Source of the DNA: a virus
Virus record (IMG/VR): IMGVR_UViG_3300042502_001233
Location: 19,125 to 83,124 of that record
Reading direction: 5' to 3' (one strand)
DNA: 64,000 nt
The position numbers and the translations under genes are program-made. This document shows, piece by piece, positions 9,546 through 18,544 of the stretch. The notes under the pieces were generated by a model. It searched no databases. It had not been told where the DNA came from and saw only the letters and a list, made by a program, of their open reading frames with translations. Every line of letters begins with the position of its first letter. The first letter of the stretch is position 1.

Positions 9546-10187
9546 TTATTTTGAATAATAATAACTTGGGATTCTTATTTTAACACCGTGTCTAGCACCC
9601 AAAGCATCAACACCTTCTGTAAATCTAGTATCAAAACCACAAGTTTCTTCAACGACACCCGTAAGATAAAGAGTATACTGAGCTTTACCCAACCAATCTT
9701 TTTCTTTTCTAATATCACTAACACTTACTATTAAACCGTTGAATGTATGGTCTTTCATAAACTCATTCAATTCTTCTTTAAGGGTTTCTTCATCAATATC
9801 CATTTGAAATGGAACACCCATAGATGTTAGTGATTCGCTAACCATTTCGTTGTATCTTCCGAAACTTCCGTTTATTAAAACTTGGAATGGAACCCATTTA
9901 ACCACATGTGGTTCATTATGGTTTATTTTACCAGAATACTTGGCTAAATAAGTATAACCCATGTTACCACTTTTATGTATCGCAAATACCAATTGTAAAT
10001 CAGAAATATCCAAACCAGTTTCTTCTTTACATTCTCTTATGGCTGTTACCATAGGGTTTCCGATGTCTTCTATTTCACCTTTGCCGCCGATTAACCCAAA
10101 ATCATTATGATTATCTTTTCTAGAAACACCAAGTATTAACCCGTCTTCATTTATTAATACAACTTGTGACGTATATTTTATTTCCAT
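9546..10187 (-). CDS. Nudix hydrolase
   Basis: Nudix box GGKGEIEDIGNPMVTAIRECKEETGL. Confidence 0.8.
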   Translation of the reverse strand: MEIKYTSQVVLINEDGLILGVSRKDNHNDFGLIGGKGEIEDIGNPMVTAIRECKEETGLDISDLQLVFAIHKSGNMGYTYLAKYSGKINHNEPHVVKWVPFQVLINGSFGRYNEMVSESLTSMGVPFQMDIDEETLKEELNEFMKDHTFNGLIVSVSDIRKEKDWLGKAQYTLYLTGVVEETCGFDTRFTEGVDALGARHGVKIRIPSYYYSK

Positions 10188-10267
10188 TATTTTATTTTTT
10201 TACAAAAATACGAATTAATTTTAAACAAAACAAGAACTTTAAAAAATATCTTCATATTTATAGATAT

Positions 10268-10420
10268 ATGAAGAATAAATATAAAACGAAAACAAAAGTA
10301 AATTATTCTATTAATTCCGAAATAGTTAATAGTTTTAATGATTTAGCTGATAAAAAATCAGTTAATAAATCAAAATTAATAGGTCAATTAATACAAAAAT
10401 GGATAAATGAAAACTTATAA
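10268..10420 (+). CDS. small ribbon-helix-helix (CopG-like) protein preceding the GIY-YIG gene
   Basis: MKNKYK...VNYSINSEIVNSFNDLADKKSVNKSKLIGQLIQKW; the same NKSKLI..LL motif occurs in four other small ORFs before HNH genes. Confidence 0.4.
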   Translation: MKNKYKTKTKVNYSINSEIVNSFNDLADKKSVNKSKLIGQLIQKWINENL

Positions 10421-11045
10421 AATTTACACTTTAAACCATCCAATTACTAATGAAATACGTTATGTTGGACAAACTGTTTATGAACTTAAAATAAGGTTAA
10501 GAAAACATTTAGTTTCTAAAGATAAATCATATAGGACAAACTGGATACAATCATTGTTAAAACAAGATTTAAAACCGATAATAAATTTAGTTTTAGATAA
10601 TTTATCAAAAGAAGAAAGTAATTACTATGAACAATATTATATACAAAAATATAAAGAAAACGGTGTTAACTTAGTCAATTTAACAAACGGTGGTGAAGGT
10701 AGTAATGGGTTTCGTCATAGTGAAGAGACTAAAAAATTATTATCCAATATTAGAAAAGAACAAAAAGAAAAAAATATACTAAAATTTAACTCTATAAATA
10801 ATAAAATTAGTAAAACTAAAACACCTAAAATTGATATTGAGGTTTATTCCGCTAACGTGATAAATCAAAAAGGTAGAAGAAATATTAAGCAATTTACATT
10901 AGATGGTGAATTTATCCGAGAATTTATCTCATTACGAGAAATAGAACGAGAATTAGGTTATTTTAGAGCAAATATAACACCTTGTTTAAAAGGTGAGTTT
11001 AAACAGGCTTATAATTTTATATGGAAATACTCTGATGAAACTTAA
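10407..11045 (+). CDS. GIY-YIG homing endonuclease
   Basis: N-terminal KIYTLNHPITNEIRYVGQT (GIY...YVG); NUMOD-like basic C-terminal region; opposite strand to its neighbours. Confidence 0.8.
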   Translation: MKTYKIYTLNHPITNEIRYVGQTVYELKIRLRKHLVSKDKSYRTNWIQSLLKQDLKPIINLVLDNLSKEESNYYEQYYIQKYKENGVNLVNLTNGGEGSNGFRHSEETKKLLSNIRKEQKEKNILKFNSINNKISKTKTPKIDIEVYSANVINQKGRRNIKQFTLDGEFIREFISLREIERELGYFRANITPCLKGEFKQAYNFIWKYSDET

Positions 11046-11296
11046 ATGATTCTATGTTTAATCATTGACGTATCTATCCCAGCTTTATTTGCCTTTTCGA
11101 TAAGTTCTTTAAGCACACATTTACCAACCTCAGTTATTTCTTTAGCTTTATCCATATCATATAACGTATAACCACGTTCTAATGCGGAAATTTTAACTTT
11201 TTCACTAATTGTTAGTTTATCATTGTGGTTATCCTTTCTAGACACCCCAAGTATTAAACCTTCTTCGTTAATCAATACTACTTGTGCTGTTATCAT
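11042..11296 (-). CDS. chimeric small ORF whose first about 26 aa duplicate the Nudix N-terminus
   Basis: MITAQVVLINEEGLILGVSRKDNHND vs Nudix QVVLINEDGLILGVSRKDNHND, about 80% nt identity over about 66 nt; the two copies flank the GIY-YIG gene. Confidence 0.4.
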   Translation of the reverse strand: MITAQVVLINEEGLILGVSRKDNHNDKLTISEKVKISALERGYTLYDMDKAKEITEVGKCVLKELIEKANKAGIDTSMIKHRII

Positions 11297-11610
11297 TTTT
11301 TTCTATTTTTTTTAGGGGTTAAAGTTGTTTTCCTTTTTTGCCATATTTTAAACTTTGTAGCTAACACATTTTGAGTATAAGTGTTAAGCGGTTCTTCAAA
11401 AGTTTCACATTTTTCATATGATTCTTTATATAATAAATGCATAAGATGAATAGCAGATGTTACATCAACGTGATTTATATCGTTTACTATTTTATCAAAC
11501 CTATTTAATAACCTAGCTGGTTTTCTGGAATCTAAACCCCTTTCATTTATTATATTAACCATGGTTATGGCTGCTGGTGAATCACCAAATGTTCTTTCAT
11601 CTAATTTCAT
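11293..11610 (-). CDS. hypothetical protein
   Basis: 105 aa. Confidence 0.35.
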   Translation of the reverse strand: MKLDERTFGDSPAAITMVNIINERGLDSRKPARLLNRFDKIVNDINHVDVTSAIHLMHLLYKESYEKCETFEEPLNTYTQNVLATKFKIWQKRKTTLTPKKNRKK

Positions 11611-11611
11611 G

Positions 11612-12133
11612 TTATATAATTTTAAAATTAATAGCTTGATGGATACTGAGCCTATCCTCTTTTATCGCATCTTCAATTGTTTCGTGACCAATGTACCAAA
11701 AAGAATCAAATTTACAAAATTTTTCTTTACCCTTTATGTTTCGTTTATAAACCCCATTTGTTTCTGGGAAAATACTGGACTCAATTTTCATTGTAGGGTG
11801 TTTTTTAAGTGACCATTTAATTGGAGTTTTCCAAGTTATAAACAAAGTTTTCGTAACCCCATTTATTGATTTAATTCTGTGGAAGTCTGTTGGTTTCCTG
11901 AATATTACTGAACCAACACTATGTTTTTTAACCTTTATTTTATCACCATCTAAAAATTCTTCAACATAACCATTTTTAAGGATTACGGATATGAAATAAA
12001 AAGGATGGTTATGTAAAAAAGGCGTTTTGTCTTCACTTAAAATTGTGTGAAAACGAACATGTAGTTTTTTATAAGACATCAAAGTCTTTCTAATCATATA
12101 ATTAGGTAAACTATTATACTCCTTAAGTAACAT
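11612..12133 (-). CDS. possible cupin-fold protein
   Basis: LHNHPF...HSVGS...FHRI His-rich motifs; weak. Confidence 0.25.
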   Translation of the reverse strand: MLLKEYNSLPNYMIRKTLMSYKKLHVRFHTILSEDKTPFLHNHPFYFISVILKNGYVEEFLDGDKIKVKKHSVGSVIFRKPTDFHRIKSINGVTKTLFITWKTPIKWSLKKHPTMKIESSIFPETNGVYKRNIKGKEKFCKFDSFWYIGHETIEDAIKEDRLSIHQAINFKII

Positions 12134-12183
12134 AACTATTTTTTACAAAGATACGATATGTTTTTAATATATGCAAATAAAAA

Positions 12184-12199
12184 GGGGTCTTAGGACCCC
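12184..12199. terminator. bidirectional rho-independent terminator hairpin GGGGTC-TTAG-GACCCC flanked by A and T runs
   Basis: perfect 6-bp GC-rich stem seen in the sequence. Confidence 0.6.
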
Positions 12200-13128
12200 T
12201 TTTTTATTTCAGTTACTATACCTTTAATAGCAAAGTTTTTTATTTTTTGCCATTTGGTGATGTTGTTTGACATCACTGGTTTACCACCATCTGGATTTAT
12301 TGCAATCGTAATGTGTGGTATTGCATTGGCTGATGGATAACCTTCTACTTTGACCGCCATGGCCATATCGCTAAGACCTATGGCTTCAACATACAACGTT
12401 ACCTCTTTACCTAAGTCTTCTTTGTTTGGAACACCTTTACCGAATACAATTGTCATGTGGTGAGCAAATACTTTCCAACCTTCTGGGATATAATCATCAA
12501 GTCTAGATAACAACGCTGCTTTAGAACCATTATCCAATACAACAGCTGAATATAACACATCAGATTCTTTGTACATGTCTTTAGACTCCAAAACACTTTT
12601 CAATGTTAGCAATCCTTGACCTTTGTGAGATTCAATCAATGATTGAATTTTTTCCAATGGTACACCGTGAGTATTTCTCTCAGCAAGTATTTCCGCTGGT
12701 AACCCGTTGGTACCTATATCAACAAATTTTATGTTGTTATCAGACAAACCTAATTCTAACGCTGCTTTCACATACGCTTTGGATTCGTTTTGTTTGATGT
12801 TCGTGTTATCCACAATAACTGGTGATAATCCTTCTTTCAAAGATTTTATCGCATTTTTCAAGTTTGTTGAGTGCGCTCTTGACAATGGTGTGAAATCTTT
12901 CGACTCAAACATTGCTGCAAAGAATTTGTTGTAATCACCTTGTGACTCAATAACATCGTCTGTGGAGTGTATGATACCTTCACCTACTAGTTCTTTAGCT
13001 TTTGTGGATTTACCAGAACCTGGTATACCGCGCATAACTATCAGTTCTTGTGTTGGTCTTGTAACTACAACACCCAACGCATTTTTTTTCATGTCTTCTC
13101 TTAATATTGTTCTTATTTCTTTTTTCAT
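12190..13128 (-). CDS. bifunctional polynucleotide 5'-kinase / 2H-family cyclic phosphodiesterase
   Basis: N-terminal P-loop GIPGSGKST (T4 Pnk kinase-like); C-terminal twin HxT motifs HHMTI and HITI typical of the 2H phosphoesterase superfamily. Confidence 0.7.
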   Translation of the reverse strand: MKKEIRTILREDMKKNALGVVVTRPTQELIVMRGIPGSGKSTKAKELVGEGIIHSTDDVIESQGDYNKFFAAMFESKDFTPLSRAHSTNLKNAIKSLKEGLSPVIVDNTNIKQNESKAYVKAALELGLSDNNIKFVDIGTNGLPAEILAERNTHGVPLEKIQSLIESHKGQGLLTLKSVLESKDMYKESDVLYSAVVLDNGSKAALLSRLDDYIPEGWKVFAHHMTIVFGKGVPNKEDLGKEVTLYVEAIGLSDMAMAVKVEGYPSANAIPHITIAINPDGGKPVMSNNITKWQKIKNFAIKGIVTEIKKGS

Positions 13129-13152
13129 TGTGCAAATGTATATATTAGTTTT

Positions 13153-13932
13153 TTAACTAGCAACTTTTTTATATAATAATTTTTTAACGTTTGGTGTCAA
13201 AGAGAAATTTGGAATTTCTTTTAAACACCATTTAAGATAATGCGGTGCTGTTTTGGCAATCTCTCCAACTGTTTTACCTTTGTTCTTACCAAAATTAATC
13301 ACATCATCTTCATCCAACGCTTTTGATACTTTGGTTGTGGCTGGTTTCTTTTTATCTTCCATTAACATAAGTTTAGAATCTTTTAAATCAACCATGTGAA
13401 GCATAATCTTAGCCTCATCTTTAGCATCAGCGCCAGCTCTATGTTCTTCAACATATACCTCACCGTCCTTCATAAAGAATTGGTTATAAATCTCTTCCAC
13501 CGATGGTCTTTTGGTTTTACCATTCTTATCTTTGTATTGTGAGTATTGTGTGGCTGTTTGCATAAGACACTTAACGTCTTTCATTTCAAACCCAGCAGCT
13601 TTCAAGAATCTAAGGTCAAATGATTTGTTATATGCGGTCATTTTGTATTTGTCAAACAATTCTTGGAGTTCTTCTCTGTAATCATCCAAAGATTTCGCAT
13701 TTTCAACGTCTTCAACCGTAAGTGTTGTGTTTTGGAATATCCAAGAGTTCTTATGTCTTTTTGAGTTAAACTTATCGTGTTTAATTACGTTATCGAAAAC
13801 TATTTCGATTTTTTTGGTTACGGTATCCACTAAGGCAATACCTATTTCTACGATAGCATCAGACTGCGCGTAAAAACCTGTTGTTTCAATATCTACTACT
13901 AATAATTTCATGTATTTTGTTGTTATAAACAA
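13153..13932 (-). CDS. DEDDh 3'-5' exonuclease (DnaQ/RNase T-like)
   Basis: Exo I VVDIETTG, Exo II AYNKSFDLRFL, Exo III H...D (EEHRAGADA). Confidence 0.75.
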   Translation of the reverse strand: MFITTKYMKLLVVDIETTGFYAQSDAIVEIGIALVDTVTKKIEIVFDNVIKHDKFNSKRHKNSWIFQNTTLTVEDVENAKSLDDYREELQELFDKYKMTAYNKSFDLRFLKAAGFEMKDVKCLMQTATQYSQYKDKNGKTKRPSVEEIYNQFFMKDGEVYVEEHRAGADAKDEAKIMLHMVDLKDSKLMLMEDKKKPATTKVSKALDEDDVINFGKNKGKTVGEIAKTAPHYLKWCLKEIPNFSLTPNVKKLLYKKVAS

Positions 13933-13942
13933 ATATACTAAA

Positions 13943-14875
13943 TTAAGTTTGATTTATCAAGTGAATAATTGAAGGGTTGTAAACTATTATGTGTTTTATA
14001 TTTTCATAGTCTTTATTTACTATGATTCCGTCAATACCTAAAGAAACACAATTTCTAACAAATTCAACTGGGTTATATCTGTAAAAATCAATCCATACTT
14101 GAAGAATGCAGTCTTTTTCGTTATCATTGAAGTTCATACAACCTTCAACAAATTCTTGCATACCTCTTATTGGATTTTCGTCCCAATTTTGTGCACTACC
14201 TTCCCAATCTTCAGCCATCATAGCTAATTTTTTGATATAAGGTCTTAATTTATTTTTGTTTATTGGAACTTGGTCAAATAAAACTCTTGGTGTTAGTTTT
14301 ACACTATAGATATTTTCACCATAACGACCAGCTTCTTCTTTTGATGTGGTGAAGTAAATACCTGGACCTTCTAGGTCATTGGCTTCTTTACCACCAACAA
14401 AATCATCCATAAATTTAGTTATTTTGGTTGGGCTACCGTGAAATACGTAGTATTCACCACCATCGATTGATTCTGGTAATAAATTTTCCCTAAGCAAAGT
14501 CTTAATCAAAAACTTATTCTCGTTTAACGAATTTAACATAAAATTACAGTTTGGAAATAAAATAATTTCATTGGTTTCACCATCTTTCATTGTGATAATC
14601 GCATCATAACCCAAACCCATTAATTTTTTTGTTAATTGTTTACCCTTGGCTTTATATTCTTTAGCCAATTCGTATTTGTAAGAAATTTGGGTGTCATCGT
14701 CAACCTCTATTGTAAGTGGATTTTTTATTACAGCCAAACCAGAAACCCATGGTTCTTTAACTGGTCTATCAGTATCTTTTTCAATCACATATGTACCAGA
14801 TGGTTCAACATCTTGACCGAACATAGAACCGTAGTATTGTGCTGGTTCCATGTTTTTCATTATCCTTAATATCAT
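13943..14875 (-). CDS. possible PARP-like (H-Y-E class) ADP-ribosyltransferase domain protein
   Basis: YVFHGSPTKI and GPGIYFTTSKEEAGRYG resemble PARP1 LLWHGSRTTN and GKGIYFADMVSKSANY; the catalytic Glu position is uncertain. Confidence 0.35.
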   Translation of the reverse strand: MILRIMKNMEPAQYYGSMFGQDVEPSGTYVIEKDTDRPVKEPWVSGLAVIKNPLTIEVDDDTQISYKYELAKEYKAKGKQLTKKLMGLGYDAIITMKDGETNEIILFPNCNFMLNSLNENKFLIKTLLRENLLPESIDGGEYYVFHGSPTKITKFMDDFVGGKEANDLEGPGIYFTTSKEEAGRYGENIYSVKLTPRVLFDQVPINKNKLRPYIKKLAMMAEDWEGSAQNWDENPIRGMQEFVEGCMNFNDNEKDCILQVWIDFYRYNPVEFVRNCVSLGIDGIIVNKDYENIKHIIVYNPSIIHLINQT

Positions 14876-14915
14876 ATTTTCTTTTTATATAAATATCATG
14901 ATTCAAGGGAAAATC

Positions 14916-15003
14916 TGGAGGAGAATATGGGATTCGAACCCATGGGCCGAACTAACGGCCACGGTTTAGCAAACCGCTCCAATAACCACTCTGGCAATTC
15001 TCC
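14916..15003 (-). tRNA. tRNA-Ser(GCU), type II, CCA encoded
   Basis: Hand fold: acceptor GGAGAAT/ATTCTCC, anticodon loop TTGCTAA, long variable arm GGCCGTTAGTTCGGCCC, T-loop TTCGAAT. Confidence 0.7.
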
Positions 15004-15040
15004 AAATTTGTACCCCTACAGGGACTCGAACCCCGATTCT
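15004..15040 (-). pseudogene. tRNA 3'-half fragment (variable region + T-arm + acceptor 3' strand) abutting the HNH gene
   Basis: GGCTAGAATCGGGGTTCGAGTCCCTGTAGGGGTACA with no matching 5' half upstream; the HNH ORF 15045..15647 occupies that position. Confidence 0.4.
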
Positions 15041-15044
15041 AGCC

Positions 15045-15647
15045 TTAATTTTTGTAATTTTTTAAATATCGGTCTTTTCTAGCTGAGTTTTTATTTTTAG
15101 ATTTATATGTATCTAATTGTGAATCACAATTATGACATATTAACCTTAAATTATTTCTCATATTATTAGACGCATTTCCGTTAATATGGTCTAAAATAAA
15201 ATTCATAGGTTTACCATTCCAAACATTTTTAATATTACATATATCACATTCACAATTTTGTTCTATTAATATATGTTTTTTCAATGGTGCTAAATCTTTA
15301 TTAGCGTTACAAAAATCTTCTTGATTACTCAAATAATTTTTATAGTATTCTTCAGTTTTATGTTTTACCCAACATTCTTTATTACAATATAATTGTTTAT
15401 CATAAGAAGTGTTAACTTCTTTACCACAACACAAACAATTTATTTTCTTACCCTTACCAGTGTTAACTGGTTTGAAATTTTCACCAAATTTTGCTCTGAT
15501 TGGTAATTCAATTCCTAATCGTTTACATACTTTTTTTATATATGTATCAGAAACACCGTATTTTTCACCAATTTTTCTATAAGAAATTTTTTGAACAAAA
15601 ATTAAATCTTCTAGGTCTACTTTTTTATATTTTTCATTATAATCCAT
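15045..15647 (-). CDS. HNH homing endonuclease with N-terminal HTH
   Basis: LDHINGN...NLRLICHNCDSQ HNH motif; inside the tRNA cluster. Confidence 0.75.
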   Translation of the reverse strand: MDYNEKYKKVDLEDLIFVQKISYRKIGEKYGVSDTYIKKVCKRLGIELPIRAKFGENFKPVNTGKGKKINCLCCGKEVNTSYDKQLYCNKECWVKHKTEEYYKNYLSNQEDFCNANKDLAPLKKHILIEQNCECDICNIKNVWNGKPMNFILDHINGNASNNMRNNLRLICHNCDSQLDTYKSKNKNSARKDRYLKNYKN

Positions 15648-15725
15648 AATATTTTTTTATTATAAATATAATGAATTCGAACCAAAAGTCAACTATTTTT
15701 AAATTTAATTTTATGTTCAGATTTG

Positions 15726-15798
15726 TGACCTTATCGGGATTCGAACCCAAACGACAAATTTAGAAGATTTGTATGCTAATCCGTTACATCATAAGGCC
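15726..15798 (-). tRNA. tRNA-Arg(UCU)
   Basis: Anticodon stem CAAAT/ATTTG, loop CTTCTAA; T-loop TTCGAAT. Confidence 0.6.
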
Positions 15799-15816
15799 AG
15801 TTATTATTTAATGTTG

Positions 15817-15890
15817 TGGCTCCGACAGGGCTCGAACCTGTGACCCACAGATTAGAAATCTGTTGCTCTGTCCATCTGAGCTACGGAGCC
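15817..15890 (-). tRNA. tRNA-Arg(UCU), second copy with different sequence
   Basis: GGCTCCGTAGCTCAGATGG...; anticodon stem ACAGA/TCTGT, loop TTTCTAA. Confidence 0.6.
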
Positions 15891-15897
15891 AATTTTT

Positions 15898-15974
15898 TGG
15901 TGACCACGGTAGGATTCGAACCTACAACCTCCGCAGTCGTAATGCGGTGCGCTATCCAGTTGCGCCACGTGGCC
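15898..15974 (-). tRNA. tRNA-Arg(ACG), CCA encoded
   Basis: Anticodon stem CCGCA/TGCGG, loop TTACGAC. Confidence 0.7.
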
Positions 15975-15980
15975 AGTATT

Positions 15981-16053
15981 TGGTACCGAGTATGGGAGTC
16001 GAACCCATGTATTCATCTTTATGAGGGATGAACGTTTTCCTATAACCCTCGGC
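15981..16053 (-). tRNA. tRNA with anticodon CAU (Met or Ile-lysidine), atypical D-arm
   Basis: Loop CTCATAA, T-arm ATGGG/TTCGACT/CCCAT, CCA encoded. Confidence 0.5.
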
Positions 16054-16059
16054 ATTTTG

Positions 16060-16133
16060 CGGCCTCGACAGGATTCGAACCTGTAACCCTTGAGTTAACA
16101 ACTCACCGCTCTAACCATTATAGCTACGAGGCC
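16060..16133 (-). tRNA. tRNA-Asn(GUU)
   Basis: Loop TTGTTAA; G27.A43 mismatch. Confidence 0.55.
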
Positions 16134-16140
16134 TTTTTTT

Positions 16141-16216
16141 TGGCGGCCTAGGTAGGATTCGAACCTACACGCCTCACCTTAACAGGGTGCCGCTCTACCG
16201 TTGGAGCTACTAGGCC
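16141..16216 (-). tRNA. tRNA-Asn(GUU), second copy, CCA encoded
   Basis: Loop CTGTTAA identical to the canonical Asn loop. Confidence 0.65.
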
Positions 16217-16322
16217 AATTTTATATTTTTATCAATACACCGAGTACCACAATTACGGTGCGCCTCTGGCCTACTCGCCAGCAATGCTGTTTTTACCCGT
16301 GGTTACACCATTTGATAGGGTG

Positions 16323-16396
16323 TGGTCCCCTCGGGACTCGAACCCGAAACCGTCGCGTTATGAGCGCGCTGCGCTAACCAATTGCGCCAGAGGACC
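16323..16396 (-). tRNA. tRNA-Met/Ile2 (CAU)
   Basis: GGTCCTCTGGCGCAATTGGTTAGCGC...; loop CTCATAA. Confidence 0.6.
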
Positions 16397-16666
16397 TTAT
16401 TTACGTTTTTCAACAAGATAGTTAATGTAATCTTCGTAGCCATCATCATCATCATCATCATCATCATAATCATCATCTTCTGGTTCAAAGTCTTCATCTA
16501 ACATTTTATCCAGAACTTCAAAAGCTATTTTCATTACTTCGTTTTCTTTACCCTTTAATTGTGGGTTAGGAAGCAAAATGAACAATCCAACTATGGCTTC
16601 TACCAATCCTTTTTCATTTTCACTATATTGTCTTTTCATAGTTGTGACGGTGGGGCTCGAACCCAC
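16397..16666 (-). CDS. small acidic protein inside the tRNA cluster (likely start MKRQY at about 16639)
   Basis: C-terminal DDDYDDDDDDDDGYEDY. Confidence 0.35.
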   Translation of the reverse strand: MGSSPTVTTMKRQYSENEKGLVEAIVGLFILLPNPQLKGKENEVMKIAFEVLDKMLDEDFEPEDDDYDDDDDDDDGYEDYINYLVEKRK

Positions 16667-16725
16667 ATTGTGTTATAAACACCCAGCGTATCAGGCTGGT
16701 GACTAAACCATTCATCCACATCACA
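16642..16725 (-). tRNA. tRNA-like gene with anticodon GAU but a 16-nt hairpin variable arm (non-canonical)
   Basis: Same anticodon loop CTGATAC as the canonical Ile tRNA next to it, plus an extra hairpin GTGTT-TAT-AACAC. Confidence 0.4.
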
Positions 16726-16732
16726 GTTTTCG

Positions 16733-16806
16733 TGGGTAACACGGGAGTCGAACCCATAACCTCTCGCGTATCAGGCGAGTGCTCTAACCAGTTGAGCTAG
16801 CTACCC
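16733..16806 (-). tRNA. tRNA-Ile(GAU)
   Basis: GGGTAGCTAGCTCAACTGGTTAGAGC...; stem CTCGC/GCGAG, loop CTGATAC. Confidence 0.7.
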
Positions 16807-16814
16807 ATTATTTG

Positions 16815-16887
16815 CACGGACCAAGAGAATCGAACTCTTTCCATTCGAGGTTTTGGAGACCTGATGCATGCCATTATGCTGGCCCGT
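16815..16887 (-). tRNA. tRNA-Trp(CCA)
   Basis: Loop CTCCAAA; T-arm AAGAG/TTCGATT/CTCTT. Confidence 0.6.
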
Positions 16888-16894
16888 ATTTAAT

Positions 16895-16989
16895 TTATCA
16901 CCAAAGGATTCGAACCTTTACACCCTTCTCGGGTTACCGTTTTCACTACAGCAGTCAGTACCCAGTTTACTCTTTTGACTCACGTGATA
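16895..16989 (-). ncRNA. tRNA-like element (about 95 nt) with T-arm and acceptor-like ends; anticodon arm unresolved
   Basis: T-loop AAAGG/TTCGAAT/CCTTT and a 6-bp acceptor TATCAC/GTGATA; possibly a type II tRNA. Confidence 0.3.
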
Positions 16990-16997
16990 AATTTAGG

Positions 16998-17083
16998 GTG
17001 AAAAGACGGGACTCGAACCCGCAAGGACATTTCTGTCATCTGGCTCACAACCAGACTCGCTACCGTTACGTACTACAATCACC
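16998..17083 (-). pseudogene. tRNA-His-like (GUG) with extra variable hairpin and mismatched acceptor; probable pseudo-tRNA
   Basis: Loop TTGTGAG, hairpin GACA-GAAA-TGTC, three acceptor mismatches. Confidence 0.35.
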
Positions 17084-17092
17084 ATGTATTTC

Positions 17093-17725
17093 TTATACTC
17101 GACCTAATCTCCAATTATCTGGAATTAAATCATCTTTTTTAATCTTTTTATTTTCACTACCATTTGTTACCCATCGACTACCAAATTGTGAATTTGTTTC
17201 ACCAACACCAGTACCTTTTTTTACTTTAGACATTAATTGTTTAGATTCATGACTATGGGTTTCACCTTCCCAATTTTTAATCCAATTTTTATCTCTAGTA
17301 CCAGTTAAATATTCTAGTGTTCTAGCTGTTGATATTTTATTACTTTTCTTTTCTACCCATTCTGGGTCTTGTCTTAAAAGCTTTTGTTTTTCGTTTGATT
17401 TAATCGCATTCAATTTTTGTTGTTCCGAGCTAAACCCACCAGTACCACCTTCTCTAAGATTCATACACATAGGGTTTTCCACCAACTCTTTAGTAACAAT
17501 TTCAATCTCTCTAAGAACCATTTCTTCTCTTGTAGGTAAAAATTCAAGTATTTCTTTTGTATGGTTTTCCACACCATGTTTTCTAATTGAATACCTAAGT
17601 CTTTTACCACTCCCCATATAACCATCTTCCAGGTTATATGCACTATGCATTCCTACATAATATCTTCCCGTTACATTACATGTTGTTTTATATATGTAAT
17701 GTATGTTTCTTTGTTTTCTTGCCAT
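17093..17725 (-). CDS. GIY-YIG homing endonuclease
   Basis: IHYIYKTTCNVTGRYYVGMHS...GYMGSG; paralog of 38029..38688. Confidence 0.8.
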   Translation of the reverse strand: MARKQRNIHYIYKTTCNVTGRYYVGMHSAYNLEDGYMGSGKRLRYSIRKHGVENHTKEILEFLPTREEMVLREIEIVTKELVENPMCMNLREGGTGGFSSEQQKLNAIKSNEKQKLLRQDPEWVEKKSNKISTARTLEYLTGTRDKNWIKNWEGETHSHESKQLMSKVKKGTGVGETNSQFGSRWVTNGSENKKIKKDDLIPDNWRLGRV

Positions 17726-17784
17726 TTCTCTTTCTTTCTAAATAAATATCTTAAGAAAGAGAAAAGTACAAAAAAGTTTAAGAG

Positions 17785-17859
17785 GGTGGTATATCGGGTT
17801 CGAACCGATGACCCTCGACACCACAAGCCGATGCTCTAACCAACTGAGCTAATACCACC
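17785..17859 (-). tRNA. tRNA-His(GUG) with G-1:C73
   Basis: 8-bp acceptor GGTGGTAT/ATACCACC, loop TTGTGGT. Confidence 0.75.
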
Positions 17860-17952
17860 ATGTTTAATTTACATTCACCGCATTTTTGCGGCGATTATCA
17901 CCGTTAACTTTAAAAATTATAAACTATGCGGTGATAATATTGTCTATTCGCC

Positions 17953-18387
17953 TTATTTTTGCGGTGAATATTTTTCTATATAATTTATTAAATTATTCAA
18001 ATAATTAATATCTTCTTTTACATTACCCAACAATTTATTACATTTGTCACATAAAATATCTCTAACAACACCAGTTAAATGACAATGGTCCACATGTGTG
18101 TTTTTATCATTTTTTAGAACATCACTACAGATAGAACATTTATTATCTTGTTTATCTAATTTTAAAAAATATTCTTCTTTTGTAAGACCATAATTTCTTA
18201 AAATTGAATTATATTTTATTTTTTCTTTCTGAATAGGGTTTTGATATCTAATCTTAGTCCTATTATTTTCACACTCTTTACAATAATGATTTAAACCATC
18301 TTTATTATAATTCTTAATACCAAATAAATCAATACTTTTTACTTCTTGACATTTGGAACATCTTTTTACGTTCGTATTTATTTCCAT
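17953..18387 (-). CDS. endonuclease VII-type HNH nuclease (probable homing endonuclease)
   Basis: HVDHCHLTGVVRDILCDKCN matches the Endo VII family motif. Confidence 0.7.
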   Translation of the reverse strand: MEINTNVKRCSKCQEVKSIDLFGIKNYNKDGLNHYCKECENNRTKIRYQNPIQKEKIKYNSILRNYGLTKEEYFLKLDKQDNKCSICSDVLKNDKNTHVDHCHLTGVVRDILCDKCNKLLGNVKEDINYLNNLINYIEKYSPQK

Positions 18388-18456
18388 ACTAATAAATATC
18401 TAACATTTTGTAAAAGTGCGGATAATTTTTAATATTCACCGCATTTGTAAACTTTG

Positions 18457-18544
18457 CGGAGATAGTAGGATTCGAACCCACAAGCCGTTTCCGACCACAG
18501 TTTTCAAGACCGCCAAGCTTAGTCCACACTGCTCTTATTCTTCC
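18457..18544 (-). tRNA. type II tRNA, probably Ser(UGA); acceptor stem has 2 mismatches
   Basis: Loop CTTGAAA, variable arm GTCGGAAACGGC, T-loop TTCGAAT. Confidence 0.4.

Noticed and set aside
15816-17252. ORFs 15816..16031(+), 15852..16055(-), 16303..16497(-, poly-Met run), 16812..17252(+), 18416..18601(+), 24482..24676(+)
   Set aside because: They sit on top of tRNA genes. The poly-Met run is a translation of the ATCATC repeat in the coding region of the small acidic protein.
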